The notes under the pieces were generated by a model that was not told the origin of the DNA, searched no databases, and was given only the letters and a program-made list of their open reading frames with translations. Source: Planctomycetota bacterium (GTDB lineage Bacteria; Planctomycetota; UBA1135; UBA2386). Taken from it: DNA of 64,000 bases. This document shows positions 44,145-53,765 of this stretch, piece after piece. The stretch is taken from contig JACKHZ010000009.1 of assembly GCA_020638735.1 (NCBI GenBank), positions 185,407 to 249,406 of the forward strand, in the 5' to 3' direction. Every line of letters begins with the position of its first letter. The stretch's first letter is position 1. The position numbers and the translations under genes were made by a program.

Positions 44145-46673
44145 ATGGTGCAGACCCCGATGAGCGACATGCCCCCCGAACTGCTGGCCCGACACGACGG
44201 CTGGCTGCGCCAGCTGGTGGCGCGCCTGGTCGGCGACGACGTCGACGACGTGCTGCAGGAGGTGCGGCTGACGGCGATGCGCTCGCCGCCGCGCGAACGC
44301 AGCGCGCTGCCGAAGTGGCTCGCCACCGTCGCGCGCCGCGTCGCGGGTCGTCGACGCCGCGGCGCCGCACGGCGGCGTGCGCGCGAGCAAGAGGTCGCGA
44401 CGCGCGACGACGACGGAGCGCGGTTCGACCCAGCCGAGTTGGTACAGCGCGTCGAAGCACGGCAACGCATCGCCGCCGCAGTACTGCAGCTCGACGAACC
44501 GTTCCGCAGCGTCGTGCTGCTGCGCTATTTCGAGGACCTGACGCCGAGCCAGATCGCGCAGCGCACCGGGGTGCCCGCGGCGACCGTGCGCACCAGGCTG
44601 TTCCGCGCCCACCAGCTGCTGCGCGAACGTTTCGGACACGAACACGGCCGCGATTGGCGCACCGCGCTGCTGCTGGCGTGCCCGCTGCCCGAAGGCGCAG
44701 CGACGGCGACGAGCGCGACGCCGCCGCTGCTGCTGGCGTTGGCTGCCGTGCCGCTGCTGGCACTCGGCAGCTGGTGGTGGCTCGGCGCGCCGCCGGACGC
44801 GGTGCCGACGCAGCTCGCCGACGCCGGAGCAGCAGCGTCACCCGTCGCAGCGGCCGTCGACGACGCACCGCGCGGAGAAGCGCCGGACCGCGCACGCGTC
44901 GAGCAGGCAACGGACCAGGCAGACACACCCCTGCCACTGCCGACCATGCGCGTGACCGGCCGCGTCTTCCGCTTCGACGGCGCGCCGCTGCCGCAGGTCC
45001 CGATGGTGTTCGTTCCCGAGCGAGGCGGCGACCCGGAGCAACTCGGCACCTCCGACCACGACGGCAACTTCGACGTGCAGGTGCCCGCGGCAACGCCGGG
45101 CCACCTCGAGACCGGCGGCGAGTTCGTCGCGCTGCGCACATGGCCGTTCGGCGACCACCAGGATCGTTCGGGCATCGAGGCGATGGTGATCGCCGCGCCG
45201 GCGGTGCGGCTCGCGGGCGTCGTCGTCGACGCCCGCGGCACGCCGGTGCCCGAGCAGGACGTCGCGGTGCAGATCGGTGACGCCTTCGGCTTTCCGCTGC
45301 CGGCGGCGGCGTGCGGCCGCGTGTTCCGCTGGCCGAGCACGCGCACCGACGGTAACGGCGCGTTCCGTCTGCCGCGCGTGCCGGGCTTCACATTTGGCGA
45401 TCTGCGGGTCGCGTGGTCCTCGAACGAGACCCGCGTGCCGCTGCCGGCAGCCGACAGCGAAGACCTGCGCATCGTGCTCGGCACCGGTCACATTTCGATC
45501 CCGCCAAGACTTGCGCCGTCTGCCGACGCCATCGTCAACCACTGGGCGAAGGTGACCGGCATCGTCACCGACCAGGCCGGCCAGCCGCTCGAAGGCGCGA
45601 TCGTGCGCGAGCCGCGCTGGAGCGACGGCGGTACGACGACCGCCGCGGACGGATCGTTCGAGACGAGCGCGCGGATCTCGACGCAACAAGAGGTGACGCT
45701 GGTCGCCGCGGCAGAGGACTTCGCTCCGCGCTCGTTCCGCATCCCAATCGCCGCCGAGGGCGCCACGACCTGCACGCTGGTGCTCGACACCGCGGGGGCG
45801 GCGCTCAGCGGCCGGGTCGTGGACGCGCAGGGCCGCGCGCTGCCCGACGTCGCGGTGATGCTCGCCGACGCGACACCGACCCACGAATTGCACCCGACAA
45901 TCGCGATGGAAGGCGTTGGTCACCCCGACTACGGCGTGCACGCGATCACCGACGGCGGCGGCGCCTTCACCATCACGCCGGTGCTCGAACGCCCCTACCA
46001 CCTGCGCGTCGCCGAGTTGTCGACCGGCTACGCGAAGACCTTCGGTCCGTTCCGACCGGGCTCGGACTGCGCGATCACCCTGCCGCTGCGCCGCGCCCAC
46101 CCCGTGCTGCGCATCGTCGTCGCCGACCGCAGCGGTGTCGTCGTGCCCGACGTGCGGGTGCGCTGCTCGGTCACCGCGCAACAGCTGCGCACCGAGGACG
46201 GAGGTCACACCAGCACGACCTCGCTGCCGCTCGGCCTCGACGCGGCGACCGACGCCGAAGGCGTGCTGGTCTACACCGACGCGCCAGCGGGCGACCTGCG
46301 GTTGCGGCTGGAGAAGCCTGGCTTCGAGCCGCGCGAAGTGACGGTCGCCGCCGATGGCGGCGGGCTGGTGCACGTCACCTTGCAGCGGCACGTGCTGATG
46401 CGGATCGCGACGAAAGGTGTCGACGAACGCTTCGTCAAGGTGATGCTGTTCGACGCCGACGGAACGGAACTGCGCATCCGCCAGCCGTGGCAGGGATCGT
46501 TCCGCAGCGGCGGCTGGCAATTCGGGATCCACCGCGGCCACTCGGTCGTCGGCGCCGTCGTCGAGACCGCGGTGCGCGCCGAGCTGCGCGACATCTTCTC
46601 CGACGAGGTGCTGCGCGAGATGCCGTTCGTGCCGGTGTGCGACGGGGTGACGGTGCTCGACTTCCCGAACTAG
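44145..46673 (+). CDS. ECF sigma factor fused to a TM helix and a ~630-aa extracytoplasmic CarboxypepD_reg-like repeat region
   Basis: One uninterrupted 842-codon ORF. Sigma2 VDDVLQEVRLTAMR...KWLATVARRV. Sigma4 VVLLRYFEDLTPSQIAQRTGVPAATVRTRLFRAHQLLRERF. TM helix PPLLLALAAVPLLALGSWWWL (nt ~44718-44783). Then repeats such as GRVVDAQGRALPDVAVML and TGIVTDQAGQPLEGAIV. Confidence 0.75.
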   Translation: MVQTPMSDMPPELLARHDGWLRQLVARLVGDDVDDVLQEVRLTAMRSPPRERSALPKWLATVARRVAGRRRRGAARRRAREQEVATRDDDGARFDPAELVQRVEARQRIAAAVLQLDEPFRSVVLLRYFEDLTPSQIAQRTGVPAATVRTRLFRAHQLLRERFGHEHGRDWRTALLLACPLPEGAATATSATPPLLLALAAVPLLALGSWWWLGAPPDAVPTQLADAGAAASPVAAAVDDAPRGEAPDRARVEQATDQADTPLPLPTMRVTGRVFRFDGAPLPQVPMVFVPERGGDPEQLGTSDHDGNFDVQVPAATPGHLETGGEFVALRTWPFGDHQDRSGIEAMVIAAPAVRLAGVVVDARGTPVPEQDVAVQIGDAFGFPLPAAACGRVFRWPSTRTDGNGAFRLPRVPGFTFGDLRVAWSSNETRVPLPAADSEDLRIVLGTGHISIPPRLAPSADAIVNHWAKVTGIVTDQAGQPLEGAIVREPRWSDGGTTTAADGSFETSARISTQQEVTLVAAAEDFAPRSFRIPIAAEGATTCTLVLDTAGAALSGRVVDAQGRALPDVAVMLADATPTHELHPTIAMEGVGHPDYGVHAITDGGGAFTITPVLERPYHLRVAELSTGYAKTFGPFRPGSDCAITLPLRRAHPVLRIVVADRSGVVVPDVRVRCSVTAQQLRTEDGGHTSTTSLPLGLDAATDAEGVLVYTDAPAGDLRLRLEKPGFEPREVTVAADGGGLVHVTLQRHVLMRIATKGVDERFVKVMLFDADGTELRIRQPWQGSFRSGGWQFGIHRGHSVVGAVVETAVRAELRDIFSDEVLREMPFVPVCDGVTVLDFPN

Positions 46674-46755
46674 AGATCGCGCACCAGTTCGCGATGCCAT
46701 CGCCGCTGCGACGCCGCCAGCGAGCGCTCCGCGCGAAAGCGCCGATGGGACCGCG

Positions 46756-47412
46756 GTGAACGTGTCCGGGCTGTCCAGCGCGCTACCCACGACCGGCGGC
46801 GAGGCGACGGCGAGCTACCTGCAACGGCTCGCCGCGCTGCGGCATTCGCAGCAGCAGGAACGGCTCGACGACCCGTTGCAGCAGGCGGTCGCGCTGGCCG
46901 GGCTGCAGGGACAGGACACGGCGACGATCTCGCAGGCGGCGCGCGAAGCCGCCGCGAGCGATCGCGATCACGACCACGAAGCGCTGGGCGACGACACACA
47001 CGGCGACGGCGAACGCGCGATGCTCGACGAGCTGTCGGCGCGCGACCGCGAGGTGCGCGCGCACGAGGCCGCGCACCAGTCCGCCGCCGGCGAGCTGGCG
47101 ATCGGCGGCCCGAGCTACACCTTCCAGACCGGCCCCGACGGCAAGCGCTACGCGATCGGTGGCGAGGTCACCGTGCGGCTCAGCGAGGGTCGCACCCCCG
47201 AAGAGACGCTGCGCAAGATGGAGCACGCGATGCAGGCGGCGCACGCGCCGGACCAGCCGTCCGGGCCCGACCGCGTCGTCGCGTCGCAGGCCGCGCGCAT
47301 CGCCGCGAAGGCGCGGCGCGAGCTGGCCGCCGAGAAGGCGGCGCAGGCGGACGAGCTGCGCAGCGGCCACGGACCACGGCCGACCGGCGCAAAGGTCGAC
47401 GTGTTCGCCTGA
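46756..47412 (+). CDS. SprA-related family protein (putative HExxH metalloprotease)
   Basis: GTG start. LSARDREVRAHEAAHQSAAG (HExxH) followed by YTFQTGPDGKRYAIGGEV, the signature I associate with the SprA-related family. Confidence 0.7.
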   Translation: MNVSGLSSALPTTGGEATASYLQRLAALRHSQQQERLDDPLQQAVALAGLQGQDTATISQAAREAAASDRDHDHEALGDDTHGDGERAMLDELSARDREVRAHEAAHQSAAGELAIGGPSYTFQTGPDGKRYAIGGEVTVRLSEGRTPEETLRKMEHAMQAAHAPDQPSGPDRVVASQAARIAAKARRELAAEKAAQADELRSGHGPRPTGAKVDVFA

Positions 47413-47471
47413 CCGCGCATCGACGCCGCGCGCCAAACGACCGCTCCCCGCGGTAGAGTTCGTCCGGCCCC

Positions 47472-48794
47472 ATGCGCATCTCCCGTAGCTTCGACGCCTC
47501 GCCGCAGGAACTCCGCGAGGCCTTCACCCTGACCGAACGGCTGCGGCGGTGGTTCCGACCGGCGCCGGACGTGCCGGTCGCGGCGGCGCAGGCCGTCGAC
47601 GGCGGCTCGGCGCTGCGCTTCGCGACGCCGGCTGGCGACGTGACCCTGACCTTCCGCTGGCAGACCAACGAACCCGGCGGCGCCCTGGTCGGCACGCTGC
47701 GACAGCAGGACCCGCGGGGCACGCACGACTCACAGCTGACCGTCACCTTCGGCCGCGACGCCGCCGGCAGCTCGGTCACGGTGCAGCACGACGGCATGCC
47801 CGAGCAGCAGCTGGCCGAGGCGGAGGCGGGCTGGCGCTTCGCGCTCGGCCGCCTGATCGCCGGCTGCCCGCGGGCCGTCGACGAGTACTACGCGCGGCTG
47901 ACCGGACAGCCTGGCTACCGCTCGCCGTTCGGCGGTCTGTGGCCGGACCGTCCCGACGCAGCAGCGGAGTTGGCCGCGCGGCAGGCGAGCGGCGCGCTGG
48001 ACGAGGCGGACGCGGCGCGGTTCGCGCACTGGATCGAACGGGGCTTCGTCGTGCTGCCGCAGGCCGTGACGGGTGCGGACATCGACCAGCTCACCGACGA
48101 CGTCGCCCGCGACTGGCGCGCCGGCAACCCGGCGGTCACGATCGAGCTGTGCGACGGGGACGGCGGCTACCACCGGATGCTGCCGGAGTGGCGCGACCGG
48201 CCGAGCAAGGTGCTCGACTACCACGGCGTCCGCGAGAGCGCGCGGCGCATCCAGTTCGCGCCGGCGATCCGGCGCTTCCTGCGGCAGCTGTTCGAGCGAC
48301 CGCCGATGGCGACGCAAAGCCTGCTGTTCACCTACGGCACCGAGCAGGCGATGCACCAGGACACCGCCTACGTGGTCATGCGCTCACCGATGGAGTTCGT
48401 CGGTTGCTGGGTCGCCCTGGAGGACATCGTGCCCGGCTCCGGCGAGCTGCAGTACTACTCGGGCAGCCACCGCATCCCCGAATACCTGTGGCTCGGCCGA
48501 TCGCGCGCAAGGCCACCCGGCTACGAGGACCACGGCGAGTTCCTCGACTGGGTCCGCCGCCACTCGGAGGAGCGCGGCTGCGAGCTGGTGCGCTTCCTGC
48601 CCAAGAAGGGCGACGCGGTGATCTGGCACGCCGACCTGGTGCACGGCGGCTCCCGCCGCGAGCTTCGCGAGCAGACGCGCCGCAGCCTGGTCACGCACTA
48701 CTGCCCCGTCGACGTCGCCCCGGCGTGGATGGACGACCGTCACCCGCGCCACCGCCACGGGGACGACGCCTACTACTGCCACATGATGGTCTGA
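47472..48794 (+). CDS. SRPBCC (AHSA1-like) domain fused to a phytanoyl-CoA dioxygenase (PhyH)-family Fe(II)/2OG oxygenase domain
   Basis: N-terminal ~130 aa is START/AHSA1-like (MRISRSFDASPQELREAFT...AGWRFALGRL). The C-terminal part has the facial triad MHQDTAY (HxD) and WHADLVHGG. Confidence 0.75.
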   Translation: MRISRSFDASPQELREAFTLTERLRRWFRPAPDVPVAAAQAVDGGSALRFATPAGDVTLTFRWQTNEPGGALVGTLRQQDPRGTHDSQLTVTFGRDAAGSSVTVQHDGMPEQQLAEAEAGWRFALGRLIAGCPRAVDEYYARLTGQPGYRSPFGGLWPDRPDAAAELAARQASGALDEADAARFAHWIERGFVVLPQAVTGADIDQLTDDVARDWRAGNPAVTIELCDGDGGYHRMLPEWRDRPSKVLDYHGVRESARRIQFAPAIRRFLRQLFERPPMATQSLLFTYGTEQAMHQDTAYVVMRSPMEFVGCWVALEDIVPGSGELQYYSGSHRIPEYLWLGRSRARPPGYEDHGEFLDWVRRHSEERGCELVRFLPKKGDAVIWHADLVHGGSRRELREQTRRSLVTHYCPVDVAPAWMDDRHPRHRHGDDAYYCHMMV

Positions 48795-48810
48795 GCGCCG
48801 TGCCGCGCCT

Positions 48811-50625
48811 TCAGCGGCCCAGCACCACCAGCAACAGCTGCACGTCGGCCGGCCGCACGCCGGCGATGCGCGACGCCTCGCCGAGCGTCAGCGGCCGCCG
48901 CTGCACGAGCCGCGCGCGCGCCTCGTTGCTGAGGCCGGGCAGGCGCTCGTAGTCGAACCGCTCGGGGATGCGCCGCGCCTCGAGCCGCTGCAGCCGCTCG
49001 ACCTCCATCGCCTGGCGCTTGATGTAGCCGTCGTACTTGACCTCGGCCTCGACCTCGGCGAGCTCGGCCGGTGACAGCGCCATCGCCGCGAACGTCGGGT
49101 CGGCGGCGAGCACGTCGGCGACCGTCACCTCGGGCCGCCGCAGCCACTCCTGCAGCGTCTTCCGTTCGCGGCGTGCGTTGGCGAGCCAGCCCAGCGCGGC
49201 GCGGATGCGCTGCTCCTTCTGCCGCGCGGCGTCGGCCTGCGCGTCGTCGACGAGGCCGTAGCGTTCGCCGAGCGCGGTCAGCCGCCGGTCGGCGTTGTCG
49301 CTGCGCAGCAGCAGCCGGAATTCGGCGCGGCTGGTGAACATGCGATACGGCTCACGCGGGTTGACCCGGCACAGGTCGTCGATCATCACGCCGAGGTAGG
49401 CGGTGGCGCGGTCGAACACGACCGGCGCCTCGTCCCTCGCGAAGCGCGCCGCGTTGAGCCCTGCGACCAGCCCCTGGCCCGCGGCCTCCTCGTAGCCGCT
49501 GGTGCCGTTGATCTGCCCGGCGGCGAACAGCCCGCGCAGCGTCGCCACCTGCAGGTCGGCCCGCAGCTGCTCGGTCAGGATGTAGTCGTACTCGACCGCG
49601 TAGCCGCAGCGCAGCATCTCGACCTGTTCGAGGCCGGCGATGGTGCGCAGGAACTCCATCTGCACGTTCGGCGGCAGGCTGGTGCTGATGCCGTTGGGGT
49701 AGATCTCGTCGCTGTCGCGCCCCTCCGGTTCGAGGAACACCTGGTGCGACGGCTGGTCGGCGAAGCGCACCACCTTGTCCTCGACGCTCGGACAGTAGCG
49801 TGGGCCGGTGCCCTGGATGCGCCCCTGGAACATCGGCGACTCGTCGGCGTGGTCGCGGATCACCTGGTGCGTGCGTTCGTTGGTGCGCGTGATCCAGCAC
49901 GGCAGCTGCGGCTGTTCAAGCTTCGCCGTGCGGAACGAGAACGGCTGCGGCGGGTCGTCGCCGGGCTGCAGCTCGAGCCGGTCGAGGTCGATGGTCGACT
50001 TGCGCAGCCGCGGCGGCGTGCCGGTCTTGTGCCGGCCGAGCGCGACGCCGAGCCGCCGCAGCGCGCCGGAGATCGCCACCGCCGCCGGCTCGCCGTGGCG
50101 ACCGCCCTCGCGTTCGTTGCGGCCGGCGAACAGCCGGCCGCCGAGGAACGTGCCGGTGGTCAGCACGACCGCCGGCGCCGTGACGCGGGTGCCGTCGGCG
50201 AGCACCACACCGTCGACGCGGCGCTGCGCCCCGTCGCCGCTGCTCAGCAGGTCCACCACCTCGCCGGACAACACGGTCAGCCCGCGGCGCGCGAACACCC
50301 GCTGCACCATGACCCGGTTGTAGAGGTCGCGGTCACACTGGGCGCGCGGCGAACGCACCGCCGGCCCCTTCTTGGTGTTGAGCATGCGGAACTGGATGCC
50401 GGCGGCGTCGGTCGCCAGCCCCATCTCCCCGCCGAGCGCGTCGACTTCGCGAACCAGCTGCCCCTTCGCCAGCCCGCCGATCGCCGGGTTGCACGACATG
50501 CGGCCGATCGCGGCGGGGTCCATGACGACCATCGCCGTGCGCGCGCCGGTGCGCGCGGCGGCGGAGGCGGCCTCGGCGCCGGCATGGCCGCCGCCGACGA
50601 CGAGGACGTCGAAGTCACGGGTCAC
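48811..50625 (-). CDS. mnmG: tRNA uridine 5-carboxymethylaminomethyl modification enzyme MnmG (GidA)
   Basis: FDVLVVGGGHAGAEAA, CNPAIGGLAKG, GPRYCPSVEDK, GQINGTSGYEEAAGQG. 604 aa. Confidence 0.95.
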   Translation of the reverse strand: MTRDFDVLVVGGGHAGAEAASAAARTGARTAMVVMDPAAIGRMSCNPAIGGLAKGQLVREVDALGGEMGLATDAAGIQFRMLNTKKGPAVRSPRAQCDRDLYNRVMVQRVFARRGLTVLSGEVVDLLSSGDGAQRRVDGVVLADGTRVTAPAVVLTTGTFLGGRLFAGRNEREGGRHGEPAAVAISGALRRLGVALGRHKTGTPPRLRKSTIDLDRLELQPGDDPPQPFSFRTAKLEQPQLPCWITRTNERTHQVIRDHADESPMFQGRIQGTGPRYCPSVEDKVVRFADQPSHQVFLEPEGRDSDEIYPNGISTSLPPNVQMEFLRTIAGLEQVEMLRCGYAVEYDYILTEQLRADLQVATLRGLFAAGQINGTSGYEEAAGQGLVAGLNAARFARDEAPVVFDRATAYLGVMIDDLCRVNPREPYRMFTSRAEFRLLLRSDNADRRLTALGERYGLVDDAQADAARQKEQRIRAALGWLANARRERKTLQEWLRRPEVTVADVLAADPTFAAMALSPAELAEVEAEVKYDGYIKRQAMEVERLQRLEARRIPERFDYERLPGLSNEARARLVQRRPLTLGEASRIAGVRPADVQLLLVVLGR

Positions 50626-50825
50626 GCGGCAGGAGATACCCGGCGGGGCGCGCGGCTTGAAGGGGCTGCCGGCCCAGCGGGCCGGTCAGCTCAGGCCGCG
50701 ACCGAGCGGGCGTAGATGGCGCGCAGCAGCAGCCGATGGCGGATGACGTAGGTCCACATGCGCCTTGCATCGGCCCTTCGACGCCGCGACTGGAGCGCCG
50801 CAGGCCGCCGACCTATGCTGCGCCG

Positions 50826-52127
50826 ATGCGCATGAGTCGTTCCCTCCTGCTGGCCGCCGTGCTGCCGACGCTGGCAGGACCCGCCTGGTCCCAGGTGGCG
50901 CTGAGCGCCGTGCCCGAGCTGGCGCGCGCCCGCGCCGAGCGCCTGCGGCCGCAACAGGTCGCCGCGCTCGAGCCGTTCTGGGCGGACCTGTCGCTCGACT
51001 ACGACGGCAGCAAGCCGTTCCTCGACGAGCGCATCGCCAAGGCCGCGGAGCTCGGCGACAGCGTCGTGCCGCTGCTGCTCGAGAAGCTGCAGCCGGCCCA
51101 GGGCGGCTCGACCGCGCGGCACCTCGCCGACAACTGCGCCCGGGTGCTGGCCCGGCTCGACCCGGGTTCGTTCGTCGACGCGCTGGCCGAGATGGCGCGC
51201 GGCAAGCACGACATCGCCCGCAACGAGGCGATCATGCTGCTCGGCTACGCCAACGTGCCGCTCGCCGGCCGGGTGCTGACCGACCTCGTCGACAAGGTCA
51301 CCGGCGACGACCTGCGCCACGTGCTGACCTCGCTGCGCCGCCTCCGCTACGCCAGCGCCGCGCCGAAGGTCGTCGCGCTGCTCGGCTCGAGCGACCGCCG
51401 CGTGCGCGAGGAGGTGCTCGAGTTCCTGATCGCCGCCAAGGCCTCTTCCGTCGCTCCCAGCGTCGTGCAGGCGCTCGGCGCCGAGACCGACAACCGGCTG
51501 CTGCCGACCTACGTGCAGTACTTCGCCGCGGCCGTGCGCCGCGACGCCAACGCCACCGCCGCGCTGCTGCCGCTGCTCGGCGGCGAGCGGCTCGACTGGA
51601 ACGACACCAAGGACCTCGTCGCGGCCCTGGCCGACGTCGCGCCGGTCGGTCACGACGAGACGTGCCGCAAGCTGCACGAGCTGGTCGACGCCAACGACTC
51701 GAGCTCGCTCGGCGTCGCGGCGGCGGTGTCGCTGCGCAAGCTCGGCGACAAGCAGGGCGCGGTGCGGCTGCGCCGCGCGCTCGACGAGAAGCTGCGCCGC
51801 CGCAAGCGGGAGGCCGCGCTGTACGAGCAACGCGCCAGCCTGCTGTTCGAGATCGGAGAGTACGCCGACGCGATCGACGACTACGAGAAGATCCTCGAGT
51901 TCACGGAGGGCATCGCGATGACGCGGCGCGCCTACGAGGGCCTGATCCGCAGCGAGGCCCGCCGACACAAGATCCAGAACCTCGTCAAGCAGCTGAAGGC
52001 CTCGGGCATGACCGTGCGGGAGATCGAGCAGCTCGGCGAAGGCGACGAGGCGGTGCAGACCGCGCTCGGCCACGACCGCGTGCGCAGCTTCCTCCGCCAG
52101 CTGGCCAAGGAACAGGCGCCCAAGTAG
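50826..52127 (+). CDS. Exported HEAT-repeat protein, hypothetical
   Basis: ATG at 50826 in the frame of ORF 50736..52127. Signal peptide MRMSRSLLLAAVLPTLAGPAWSQ. HEAT-like repeats (VVPLLLEKL, VVALLGSSDRRVREEVLEFL). Lys/Arg/Glu-rich helical tail. Confidence 0.7.
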   Translation: MRMSRSLLLAAVLPTLAGPAWSQVALSAVPELARARAERLRPQQVAALEPFWADLSLDYDGSKPFLDERIAKAAELGDSVVPLLLEKLQPAQGGSTARHLADNCARVLARLDPGSFVDALAEMARGKHDIARNEAIMLLGYANVPLAGRVLTDLVDKVTGDDLRHVLTSLRRLRYASAAPKVVALLGSSDRRVREEVLEFLIAAKASSVAPSVVQALGAETDNRLLPTYVQYFAAAVRRDANATAALLPLLGGERLDWNDTKDLVAALADVAPVGHDETCRKLHELVDANDSSSLGVAAAVSLRKLGDKQGAVRLRRALDEKLRRRKREAALYEQRASLLFEIGEYADAIDDYEKILEFTEGIAMTRRAYEGLIRSEARRHKIQNLVKQLKASGMTVREIEQLGEGDEAVQTALGHDRVRSFLRQLAKEQAPK

Positions 52128-52141
52128 GGCCGCGGCCGCCC

Positions 52142-52174
52142 GGCGCCCCGGCGGCCGGCCACGGCCGGGGCGCC
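52142..52174 (+). terminator. Strong GC hairpin after the HEAT-repeat gene
   Basis: GGCGCCCCGGC (52142-52152) pairs perfectly with GCCGGGGCGCC (52164-52174). The 11-nt loop contains GGCCGGCC. It starts 15 nt after the TAG at 52125-52127. No U-tract. Confidence 0.4.
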
Positions 52175-52366
52175 CGCCCCCCGGGGACCAGCTCGCCCCG
52201 GGCAGGCCCGGCAGCCGATACCCGGCAGCCCATCCGCGCCGCCGCGGCGACGGTCCCGGTGTCGCCTTGACCGGACCGACCACGGCGGCCAAGATGCTCG
52301 CCCTTTTGGCCGGCCGCGCCCCCGCTGCCCGCCCCGTTCCGCGCCATCTTCCGCACCAGCCCACCC

Positions 52367-53680
52367 ATGCAAGTCCAGGTTGCCGAAACCGGCCCCTGCA
52401 GCCGCTCCCTGCACATCACCGTCCCGCCCGAGCAGGTCAAGGAGCACCTGGATCAGCTCTACAGGTCCGCCTCGCAGCAGGTGCAGGTGAAGGGCTTCCG
52501 CCGCGGCAAGGTGCCGCGCCAGATGATCGAGAAGCTGCACGGCAAGGAGATCCTCGCCGAGGCCAAGGAGCAGCTGCTCAACCGCTACTTCGGCGAGGCC
52601 TGCCGCGAGAAGGAGCTGAACCCGGTCGGTCGCATCCAGATCGAGGAGTTCGAGAAGCTCGAGATCCAGCCCGGCCAGCAGCTCGCCTTCACCGCCAAGA
52701 TCGACGTCAAGCCGACCTTCACGCTGCCCGAGATCAAGGGCATCGAGGTGCCGAGCTTCGAGCCCGAGGCCAACGACCAGGACGTCGACAACGCGCTGAA
52801 GGAGATCGCGCACCAGAAGCGCAAGATCCAGAAGACCGACGAGGCGGTGGCCGACGGCGACTTCGTCAAGTGTGACTACACGTTCCACGACGAGGGCGGC
52901 GCCGAGGTGCACTCGCGCAAGGGCGTGCAGCTCAACACCCGCATCCCGATCCACGGCGTCGAGGAGACCGCCTACACCGAGGCGCTGATCGGCGCCAAGG
53001 CGGGCGACAGCCGCGAGATGGCGATCACCTTCCCGGAGAAGTTCGAGAAGGAGGCGGTGCGCGGCAAGGCCGGGTCGGTCAAGGTCCAGGTGAACGAGGT
53101 GCTGCGCGTCTCGCCGCCGCCGATCGACGACGCGCTGGCCAAGGAGCTCGAGTTCGAGGACCTCGCCGGTCTGCGCAAGGACCTGGCGACGCGCATCGGC
53201 GCCGAGAAGACCCGCCTCGGCAAGATCCGCCAGGAAGACGCGTGCCTCGAGTTCCTCAGCAGCAAGGCCGAGATCGCGCTGCCGCCGTCGCTGGTCGAGG
53301 AGCAGAAGCACGCCTCGCTCGGCCAGTTCGCGCAGCGCATGCACGAGCAGGGCGCCAGCGACGACGACATCAAGGCCAAGCTGGCCGAGTCGGACGGCGA
53401 GGCGCAGCAGGACGCCGAGCGCCGCGTGAAGCTGTTCTTCCTGATCGAGGCCGTGGCCAAGCAGGCGAAGCTGTTCGTCACCGAGGGTGACGTCGACGGC
53501 GAGCTGCGCAACATCGCCGCCGCCAACAGCAACGAGGAGACCCAGATCGGCCCGGCCCAGGTGCGGGAGTTCCTGGAGAAGCAGAACCGCATGGGCGAGC
53601 TGCGCCTGGCCCTGCTGGAGCGCAAGGTCCGGGATTTCCTCAGAGAGAACGGCAAGCCCGTCGATAAGAAGGAAAGTTGA
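52367..53680 (+). CDS. tig: Trigger factor
   Basis: N-terminal ribosome-binding region with [10 protein letters not shown]. Central FKBP-like part. C-terminal helical arms. Immediately upstream of clpP-clpX. Confidence 0.95.
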   Translation: MQVQVAETGPCSRSLHITVPPEQVKEHLDQLYRSASQQVQVKGFRRGKVPRQMIEKLHGKEILAEAKEQLLNRYFGEACREKELNPVGRIQIEEFEKLEIQPGQQLAFTAKIDVKPTFTLPEIKGIEVPSFEPEANDQDVDNALKEIAHQKRKIQKTDEAVADGDFVKCDYTFHDEGGAEVHSRKGVQLNTRIPIHGVEETAYTEALIGAKAGDSREMAITFPEKFEKEAVRGKAGSVKVQVNEVLRVSPPPIDDALAKELEFEDLAGLRKDLATRIGAEKTRLGKIRQEDACLEFLSSKAEIALPPSLVEEQKHASLGQFAQRMHEQGASDDDIKAKLAESDGEAQQDAERRVKLFFLIEAVAKQAKLFVTEGDVDGELRNIAAANSNEETQIGPAQVREFLEKQNRMGELRLALLERKVRDFLRENGKPVDKKES

Positions 53681-53765
53681 CGTCGCCCCGGTGCCATCGC
53701 CGGGTCGAAGTCCTACAAGCAGGCCGCGCGCTCCGCAGGCGCGGCATAGGACAGGTTACCGAGCC

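Noticed and set aside
26581-50625. Replication origin (DnaA boxes, AT-rich unwinding element) near the yidC/rsmG/rpmH/mnmG genes.
   Set aside because: I noticed no TTATCCACA-like boxes and no AT-rich intergenic region. All gaps remain GC-rich. dnaA and dnaN are not in the window.
52267-52296. Possible sigma-70 promoter upstream of tig (TTGACC, an 18-nt spacer, then AAGATG).
   Set aside because: The -10 element is poor. Promoter consensus for this lineage is unknown and there is no supporting evidence.
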